The translations under genes were made by a program, and so were the position numbers. The notes beneath the pieces were generated by a model, which was given only the letters and a program-made list of their open reading frames with translations, was not told the DNA's origin and ran no database searches. This document shows positions 56,757 through 64,000 of a stretch of DNA of 64,000 nt, one piece after another. Source of the stretch: a virus. Taxonomy: Duplodnaviria > Caudoviricetes. Where the stretch lies: IMG/VR virus record IMGVR_UViG_3300044621_001461, positions 1,334-65,333 of that record; one strand, 5' to 3'. Numbering within the stretch: the stretch's first letter is position 1; each line of letters starts with the position of its first letter.

Positions 56757-59700
56757 TTACCACCAAGTAATTCTTACATATCCATTACCACCATCACCAC
56801 CAAGTCCAAAACGATTTTGCTCTTGAGAGTATCCACCTCCACCACCTCCACCACCTCTGGTGCCGTTGCCTCCGTTTCCTGCTGCGGATTGTGAGGTTGA
56901 TGATGCTAATGTTAATTCTCCACCAGCACAAGCAGCAACATAAGTATTGTTTGCATAGATGAGTGCTTGAATAGAATTAACAACATTAGAAGTCCTAGAA
57001 GACCAAACAATTCCATCGGTAGAAGTAAATATTCTTCCAGGACTAGATTGACCACCAGCAACATAAAGATTGCTTGCAAAATTGAGAGCATTAATTTGAG
57101 CAGTACCAAAACCAGAAGTTCTTAAAGTCCAACGAATTGCATCTGTTGAGGTATTTAAGATTCCACTAGCACCACCAGCAAGATAAGTATTATTTTCAAA
57201 AGTGAGTGCATTAATTTGATTAGTACCAAAAGCAGAAGTTCTTAAAGTCCAACGAATTGCATCTGTTGAGGTATTTAAGATTCCACTAGCACCACCAGCA
57301 AGATAAGTATTATTTCCAAAGGTAAATGTTCTAATAGTACTACCACCAAAACCAGAAGTTCTTAAAGTCCAAGAAATTGCATCTGTTGAGGTATTTAATA
57401 CACCACCTTGACCACCAGCAACATAAGTATTGTTTGCAAAGGTGAGTGCAGGAATAAAATTACCACCAAATCCAGAAGTTCTTAAAGTCCAAGCAATTGC
57501 ATCTGTTGAAGTATTTAAGACTCCACTAAGACCGCCGGCAACATAAGTATTGTTTGCAAAGGTAAGTGCAGAAATATAATTAGTACCAAAACTAGAAGTT
57601 CTGCTAGTCCAAGCAATTGCATCTGTTGAGGTATTTAATTTTCCAATATCATCACCAGCAACATAAGTATTGTTTCCAAAAGTAAGGGCATTAAATTGAT
57701 TCGTAGTACCAGAAGTTCTTAAATACCAACTCGTAACTCCTTCACTCAAAGCACCTCCACCACCTCCACCAGAACCATAAGAACCCGTATAAGTTCCATC
57801 AATACCATCGGAACCACTACCACCAGTATTACTTCCACCATTATTTGTATAAGTATTTCCATAATAATAAGAAACTGAATTACCACCAGTAAAGGAATTA
57901 AATGCTCCTCCTCCACCACCAGTCACTTGGAATGAGTTTGCTTGTATTGTGCTATTTGAACCAACACCAGAAGAAAGTCCAGCACCACCAACAAGACCAG
58001 CAGTATTATAAAGAGGATTGAGTGTGACTGCTGCTGCGGCACCTGCGGTTCCTGCTGTGGTTGCCGTATCACTTGCACCACCACCAGCAGCAGAAGTTAG
58101 TGTATAAGTCGCAGTGCCCGTTGGAGTGTTTCCAGTCCAAGTGACAGTTGTAGAAGCACCAGAAGAACCACCACCAGAAGAAGCACCACCAGCAACAAAG
58201 GTGGTTCCGTATGTGAGAGCATTAATAGTTTGTGCTTGGAACAGTGAAGTTCTTAAAGTCCAGGTGATTGTGTCTGTGGAAGATGCTAAAAATCCAGAAT
58301 TTCCTGCTGTTATATAGAGGTTGTTTGTGTAGGTGAGAGCACGAATAGTACTAGTAAACCCAGCAGTTCTCAATTCCCAGGTGATTGTGTCTGTTGAAGT
58401 GTTTAAGATTCCAGAAACACCACCAGCAATATAAGTATTGTTTACAAAAATAAGAGCATTAGCAGAACCAGCAGAAGTTCTTGAAACCCATACAATTGTG
58501 TCTGTTGATGTTCTTAGGTTTGCAGTACCAGAAGAAGCAACATAAATATTGTTTCCATAAGTGAGAGCAAGCATATTATTAGAACCAAAACCCGAAGTTC
58601 TTAAAGTCCAATTAATTGCATCAGTTGATACATTTATTGCTGGAGATCCGCCAGAAAAAGCACCCCCCAAGACATAAATATTGTTTCCAAAAGTAAGTGT
58701 TTGAATAGCATTAGAACCAACTCCAGAAGTTCTTAAAGTCCAAGTGATTGCGTCTGTTGAGGTGTTTAATCTTCCACGACCAGCAGCACCACCAGCAGCA
58801 ACATAAAATGTCGAATAAGTAAGAGCATTTATAGTATCAGTAGCAAAACTAGCAGTCCTTAAAGTCCAGTTAGTACCATCAGGAGAAGTACTTAATACTG
58901 AAGATGCACCACCGGCAACATAAAGATATCCACCATAAGTAAGAGTATTAATATCACTAGTACCAAACTTAGAACCACCAGGAACAGTAAACCAGTTAAT
59001 ACCATCAGTACTGGTACTCATACCACGATTGTTTCCACCACGACCACCAGCACCAGGAGTCGCAGTCATCGTAGAAGCATTTCCAAGTTCTCCACGACGA
59101 ATCAACCAGGCATTATAAGCACCAGAACCTCCACCACCACCAGAACCGATTGTTCCTGTGTATCGTCCTGATGCTCCACCACCACCACCACCGATTGCCT
59201 CAATATAAAACTGTGTTGCTGTTGGAGGAATAAAAAATGTTTGTGCTCCTGATGTTGTGAATTCTTGAGAACCTTTGTATGTTACTGGGTCTGTGGGTAT
59301 TGTAGATGTGGAGTTTATTGGTTCCCAGATTTGTTGAGTTGCTTGGGAGGTTGCGAGTACACTGTTATTACCAGCATAAATGTATTGATTATTAATGTAG
59401 TTGAGAGAATATAAATCTAATGTAGTAGATGAGGTTCTTAAAGTCCAAGCAATTGCATCTGTTGAGATGTTTAGGACTCCAGTACCACCACCAGCAAGAT
59501 AAGTATTGTTTGCATAAGTAATCGCACGAATAACATTAAGACCAAAACCAGAAGTTCTTAAAGTCCAAGCAATAGTATCTGTTGAAGTATTCAAAAGCGA
59601 AGCAGTTCCACTAACAACATAAATATTGTTTGCATAAGTAAGAGAATAAAGAGTATTGGTGGTTCCAGAAGTTCTTAAAATCCAAACAATAGCATCTGTT

Positions 59701-60314
59701 GAGGTTCTTATATTTCCATTATCACCAGCAGCAATATAAACACTATTTACATAAATGAATGTATTAATAGCATTAGAACCAAAACCAGAAGTTCTTAAAG
59801 TCCAAGCAATTGCGTTTGTTGATACATTTAATCTTCCATTTTGACCACCTACAATATAATTATTGTTTGCGTAAGTGAGTGCATAAATTTGATTAGTACC
59901 AAAACCAGAAGTTCTTGAAATCCAAGCAATTGCATCTGTTGAAGTATTTAAGGTTCCACTTTGACCACCAGCAACATAAGTATTGTTTGCAAAGGTGAGT
60001 GCATAAATGACATTAGTGGCAAAACCAGAAGTTCTTAAAGTCCAAGCAATTGCATCTGTTGAAGTATTTAAGGTTCCAGTATTACCACTAGCAATATAAG
60101 CATTGTTTGCATAAGTAAGAGAATAAATTAAAGTACCAAAACCAGAAGTTCTTAAAATCCAATAAGCAGCACCAGGATAAACTGCCAAAAACTTCCCAGC
60201 ATTTCCAGTTGTACTTGGAAGTGCATTATCATCAATATATTGTCGATTTACAGCATCGGTCGCAGAAGATACTACACTTACATCAATAACCTTATTGCTG
60301 TCTAATGTTGCCAT
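56757..60314 (-). CDS. Glycine-rich fibre/adhesin-like protein with three 7-repeat Asp-box propeller blocks
   Basis: 21 STDAIxWTLRTS repeats of about 40 aa in 3 blocks of 7; DAVNRQYID N-terminus; GGDGGNGYVRITWW end. Confidence 0.8.
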   Translation of the reverse strand: MATLDSNKVIDVSVVSSATDAVNRQYIDDNALPSTTGNAGKFLAVYPGAAYWILRTSGFGTLIYSLTYANNAYIASGNTGTLNTSTDAIAWTLRTSGFATNVIYALTFANNTYVAGGQSGTLNTSTDAIAWISRTSGFGTNQIYALTYANNNYIVGGQNGRLNVSTNAIAWTLRTSGFGSNAINTFIYVNSVYIAAGDNGNIRTSTDAIVWILRTSGTTNTLYSLTYANNIYVVSGTASLLNTSTDTIAWTLRTSGFGLNVIRAITYANNTYLAGGGTGVLNISTDAIAWTLRTSSTTLDLYSLNYINNQYIYAGNNSVLATSQATQQIWEPINSTSTIPTDPVTYKGSQEFTTSGAQTFFIPPTATQFYIEAIGGGGGGASGRYTGTIGSGGGGGSGAYNAWLIRRGELGNASTMTATPGAGGRGGNNRGMSTSTDGINWFTVPGGSKFGTSDINTLTYGGYLYVAGGASSVLSTSPDGTNWTLRTASFATDTINALTYSTFYVAAGGAAGRGRLNTSTDAITWTLRTSGVGSNAIQTLTFGNNIYVLGGAFSGGSPAINVSTDAINWTLRTSGFGSNNMLALTYGNNIYVASSGTANLRTSTDTIVWVSRTSAGSANALIFVNNTYIAGGVSGILNTSTDTITWELRTAGFTSTIRALTYTNNLYITAGNSGFLASSTDTITWTLRTSLFQAQTINALTYGTTFVAGGASSGGGSSGASTTVTWTGNTPTGTATYTLTSAAGGGASDTATTAGTAGAAAAVTLNPLYNTAGLVGGAGLSSGVGSNSTIQANSFQVTGGGGGAFNSFTGGNSVSYYYGNTYTNNGGSNTGGSGSDGIDGTYTGSYGSGGGGGGALSEGVTSWYLRTSGTTNQFNALTFGNNTYVAGDDIGKLNTSTDAIAWTSRTSSFGTNYISALTFANNTYVAGGLSGVLNTSTDAIAWTLRTSGFGGNFIPALTFANNTYVAGGQGGVLNTSTDAISWTLRTSGFGGSTIRTFTFGNNTYLAGGASGILNTSTDAIRWTLRTSAFGTNQINALTFENNTYLAGGASGILNTSTDAIRWTLRTSGFGTAQINALNFASNLYVAGGQSSPGRIFTSTDGIVWSSRTSNVVNSIQALIYANNTYVAACAGGELTLASSTSQSAAGNGGNGTRGGGGGGGGYSQEQNRFGLGGDGGNGYVRITWW

Positions 60315-60342
60315 TTACTTTTAGTCTCCTTCAAGGTATTTA

Positions 60343-62979
60343 TTACCACCAAGTAATCTTCACATAACCATCACCACCATTACCACCATTACCAAAAGTA
60401 GAACCGATAGAAGCACCACCACCTCCACCACCTCCACGAGCACCATTACCACCAGTTGCTGCTATTGCAGTTCCTTGTGAAGTTGCTAATATTCCACTAG
60501 CACCAGCAACAACATAAGTATTGTTTCCAAAAACACTTCCATCAATAGTATTAGCACCAAAACCAGAAGTTCTTAAAGTCCAGGTGATTGTGTCTGTTGA
60601 AGTGTTTAAGATTCCAGAAGTACCGCTAAGAACATAATTATTATTCCCATAAGTAATATCCGTATATTGGGGGGCACTACCAGAACCACCAGTTCTTAAG
60701 GTCCAAGTGATTGCATCTGTTGAAGTAATCAATCTTCCAGTACGACCAACAACAATATAAAGATTGTTTGCATAAAGACTATCAGTAGGAGTAAAACTAG
60801 CTCCAGCAGTTCTTGCAGTCCATTGGATTCCATTTGTTGAGGTACTTAATCTTCCTGAAGTACCAATAAGATAAACATTATTACCGAACAGAAGAGTATG
60901 TAATTCATTAGAAGCGGTAAAACCAGAAGTTCTTAGGGTCCAGGAGATTGAATCTGTTGAAGATGCTAATTCACTAAAAACATTGATAGTAAAATAATTA
61001 CTATTATCAAATATTAAAGATTGTATTCCATATGAGGGATTAAGACCGGTCGTTCTTGCAGTCCAAGCGATTACATCTGTTGAGGTATATAATCTTGCAC
61101 CATCACCACCACCAACATAAAGATTATTTGTATAAATAAGATCATTAAAACTACCGGTAGTACCAGTAGTTCTTAAGGTCCAAGTGATTGCATCTGTTGA
61201 AGTGTTTAAAACTCCACTAGCACCAGCAGCAACATAAAATGTTGAATAAGTAAGAGCATTAAGACCACTAGTAGTACCAGTAGTTCTCAAAGTCCAAGAC
61301 CAATTTCCAACTCCTGCACCACCACCACCTCCACCAGAACCATAAGGAAGTCCAGAGATTACAACGGCATTTGTACCATTGGTTCCTGTATTATTTCCAC
61401 CAGATGCCGATGTAGAGATTCCATAAACATTAATAACACCACCAGAACCTCCTGCAGATGCTGTAGAACCAGCACCACTTCCACCTCCTGTTGGTTGGAA
61501 TTGATTGGTTTGTGTGGTTGCTGTGAGTCCAGCACCGATTGGTGTTTGAAGTGCTCCAGAACCTCCAGCAGTTGTATAATAAAAACTTGATTGAGATGCT
61601 ACTTGTGCTGTTCCTGCGACACCTGCAGCACCTCCACCACTTGCAGTGATGGTATAAGTTCCTCCAGGTCCAGTCCAGGATATTGTAGTTCCTGCTCCTG
61701 CCGAACCTGTGCCAGCATCTGTGGTTGCACCTGCACCACCAACACCAGGATTAACTGTGAGATTTGAAGAAATAATATTTTTTGGAATGTACCAAGAAGT
61801 ATAAGAACCTGATGAACCACCTTGTCCTGATACTTGTGAGTATGAAGTATTTAAGACTCCACTATCACCACCAGAAACATAAGTATTGTTTCCAAAGGTG
61901 AGTGCAAGAATACCATTAGAACCAAAACCAGAAGTTCTTAAAGTCCAAGTGATTGCATCTGTTGAGGTATTTAAGATTCCACTAACACCACCAGCAACAT
62001 AAGTATTGTTTGCAAAGGTGAGTGCTCTAATATTAGTAGTAGCAAAACCAGAAGTTCTTAAAGTCCAAGCAATTGCATCTGTTGAAGTATTTAAGACTCC
62101 ACTAGCACCACCAGCAACATAAGTATTGTTTCCATAGGTGAGTGCATTAATATCATTAGTAGCAAAACTAGAAGTTCTTAATACCCAAGTAATTGCATCT
62201 GTTGAAGTGATAAACCCCCCACTAGAACCCCCTGCAAGATAAATACTACCATCAAAAGAAAAAGATCTAATAATACTAGTAGCAAACCCAGAAGTTCTTA
62301 AAGTCCAAGTGATTGCGTCTGTTGAAGTTCTTAAATCTCCAAATCCCCCACCAGCAAGATAAGTATTATTTAAATAAACAAGTTTGGTAGTATTATTACC
62401 AGTACCAGAAGTTCTTAAAGTCCAGGCAATTGTGTCCGTTGAAGTAATTAATACTCCACTATTACCACCAACAACATAAAATGATGAATATGTACTAGAT
62501 TGGAGTGCTACACCAGCACCAGAAGTTCTTGCAGTCCAAATGATTGCGTTTGTTGAAGTTCTAATTCCACCTGGTGGTGTTGTTCCAGTTACAACATATA
62601 ACCCACCATAAGTAATGGAAGACAGTGTTTCTACAGTACCAGAAGTTCTTAAAGTCCAAGTCACACCTTGATATACTTGTGCATTAGACTGCCCCGCACC
62701 TCCTCCACCACCAGCACCAGTTGCTTCAATGTATAAGAGATTGGCATAACTTGGAACATTAAAAGTTTGACTTCCAGTTGTTGTAAACTCTTGATAGTTA
62801 GAAACATAATCCCAAGAGATATTCGTTCCATCAGTCGTGGTGAGAAACTTACCAGCATTTCCAGTTTGTGATGGTAGTGGTTGAACATTTGCATCCACAT
62901 AGTCCTTGTTGACTACATCAGTTGTAGCAAAGACTGTTGTAGTAATACCTGAAATAAAATTAGAACCTGCTGTTGTCAT
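60343..62979 (-). CDS. Paralogous glycine-rich protein with two 7-repeat propeller blocks
   Basis: 14 repeats; DVVNKDYVD, LPSQTGNAGKFL; GYVKITWW end. Confidence 0.8.
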   Translation of the reverse strand: MTTAGSNFISGITTTVFATTDVVNKDYVDANVQPLPSQTGNAGKFLTTTDGTNISWDYVSNYQEFTTTGSQTFNVPSYANLLYIEATGAGGGGGAGQSNAQVYQGVTWTLRTSGTVETLSSITYGGLYVVTGTTPPGGIRTSTNAIIWTARTSGAGVALQSSTYSSFYVVGGNSGVLITSTDTIAWTLRTSGTGNNTTKLVYLNNTYLAGGGFGDLRTSTDAITWTLRTSGFATSIIRSFSFDGSIYLAGGSSGGFITSTDAITWVLRTSSFATNDINALTYGNNTYVAGGASGVLNTSTDAIAWTLRTSGFATTNIRALTFANNTYVAGGVSGILNTSTDAITWTLRTSGFGSNGILALTFGNNTYVSGGDSGVLNTSYSQVSGQGGSSGSYTSWYIPKNIISSNLTVNPGVGGAGATTDAGTGSAGAGTTISWTGPGGTYTITASGGGAAGVAGTAQVASQSSFYYTTAGGSGALQTPIGAGLTATTQTNQFQPTGGGSGAGSTASAGGSGGVINVYGISTSASGGNNTGTNGTNAVVISGLPYGSGGGGGGAGVGNWSWTLRTTGTTSGLNALTYSTFYVAAGASGVLNTSTDAITWTLRTTGTTGSFNDLIYTNNLYVGGGDGARLYTSTDVIAWTARTTGLNPSYGIQSLIFDNSNYFTINVFSELASSTDSISWTLRTSGFTASNELHTLLFGNNVYLIGTSGRLSTSTNGIQWTARTAGASFTPTDSLYANNLYIVVGRTGRLITSTDAITWTLRTGGSGSAPQYTDITYGNNNYVLSGTSGILNTSTDTITWTLRTSGFGANTIDGSVFGNNTYVVAGASGILATSQGTAIAATGGNGARGGGGGGGASIGSTFGNGGNGGDGYVKITWW

Positions 62980-62991
62980 TTGTTTACCTCC

Positions 62992-64000
62992 TTATACCCA
63001 ACTGATACGAACATAACCAGCACCACCAGTTCCACCAGAACCTGCAGAGTTGCTGACTTCATCATAACCACCTCCACCACCTCCACCACCTTTGACTCCA
63101 GAACCTCCTGTGCCTGCTGATGCGATTGGAGATGTTACGAGAATTCCACTAGAACCACCAGCAACATAAGTATTATTTCCAAAAGTAACTGAATGTACAT
63201 TACCAGCAGTAAAAGCAGAAGTTCTTAATTGCCAAGTAATTGCATCTGTTGAGACACTTAAAAATCCAGATGTGCCTGTAACATAAGTATTATTAAAGAA
63301 ACCGAGTCCAAATACACTATTACCAGTAAAAATACCAGAAGTTCTCAAAGTCCAAGCAATTGCATCTGTTGAAGTTGCAGTTTCACCCCAGGTATTGATA
63401 GTGACATAGATAGAATTTCCATAAGTAAGACCATGAATGTTGTAATTAGATGTATTATTAAGTCCAGAAGTTCTTAATTCCCAAGTAATTGCATCTGTTG
63501 AAGTGTTTATTTTTGAACCACTACTACCACCAGCAACATAAATTCCATTTGCATAAATGATTTCATTAATGGCAAGAGTAGCAAAAGCAGAAGTTCTTAT
63601 AACCCAACTAATTGAATCTGTTGAAACACCTATTCTTCCTGCACTAGTAGCATAGACGTAAAGATTGTTCCCAAAAGTTAAACTATTAATACTGCCACTA
63701 CCAGAATTATTCGCAGTTCTTAAAATCCAAGTAATTCCATCTGTTGAAGTATTTAAAATTAAACCAGAAGTACCACCACTAGCAACATAAAAAGTTTCAT
63801 ATATGATAGAATAAATATCAGCAGTACCAAAACCAGCAGTTCTTAAAGTCCAAGTGATTGTGTCTGTTGAGGTATTTAAGACACCACTAGCACCACCAGA
63901 AAGATAAGTATTATTTGCAAACGCAACTGATCTAATAATAGAAGTGCTAAAACTAGCAGTTCTTGCAGTCCAGAACAACGCATCTCTACTTGCAGCACCT
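62992..64000 (-). CDS. Third paralog, 5' part outside the window; one 7-repeat block visible
   Basis: Frame open to 64000; 7 repeats; GYVRISWV end. Confidence 0.78.
   Translation of the reverse strand, partial: GAASRDALFWTARTASFSTSIIRSVAFANNTYLSGGASGVLNTSTDTITWTLRTAGFGTADIYSIIYETFYVASGGTSGLILNTSTDGITWILRTANNSGSGSINSLTFGNNLYVYATSAGRIGVSTDSISWVIRTSAFATLAINEIIYANGIYVAGGSSGSKINTSTDAITWELRTSGLNNTSNYNIHGLTYGNSIYVTINTWGETATSTDAIAWTLRTSGIFTGNSVFGLGFFNNTYVTGTSGFLSVSTDAITWQLRTSAFTAGNVHSVTFGNNTYVAGGSSGILVTSPIASAGTGGSGVKGGGGGGGGYDEVSNSAGSGGTGGAGYVRISWV

Noticed and set aside
56900-63960. Regular AGAAGTTCTTAAAGTCCA repeats as a CRISPR-like or guide array
   Set aside because: They are in-frame coding repeats whose intervening sequences are homologous to each other, and no cas operon is present.

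Overview
64 kb of a T4-like cyanomyovirus genome (Kyanoviridae-like, AT-rich). Evidence: gp4/gp5/gp26/gp32/gp33/gp48/gp51/gp53/gp59, phoH, thyX, a cpeT-like bilin lyase and many TATAAATA late promoters. Almost everything is on the minus strand. In window order: a hyperplastic region of small early genes driven by a repeated promoter (TATAAT/TATGAT plus a TGTGCCA-N10-TGGCACA palindrome about 29 nt upstream), with 3 tRNAs; an SF2 helicase; 2OG-Fe(II) oxygenases; tail-fibre genes; a second tRNA cluster containing a tRNA-Leu(UAA) split by a 199-nt group I intron; the baseplate module; replication and late-transcription genes interleaved with homing endonucleases; a 7-gene glycan-synthesis island; and three glycine-rich proteins built from exact 7-repeat Asp-box propeller blocks. 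Most striking: four GIY-YIG-like endonuclease genes each carry the same ~100-bp upstream cassette (late promoter, ~57-nt two-hairpin RNA, terminator, second late promoter, endonuclease leader). The loop of each small RNA is complementary to the leader of its own endonuclease and co-varies with it, suggesting cognate antisense-sRNA/endonuclease pairs. All calls are by eye from sequence motifs; no database searches were run.
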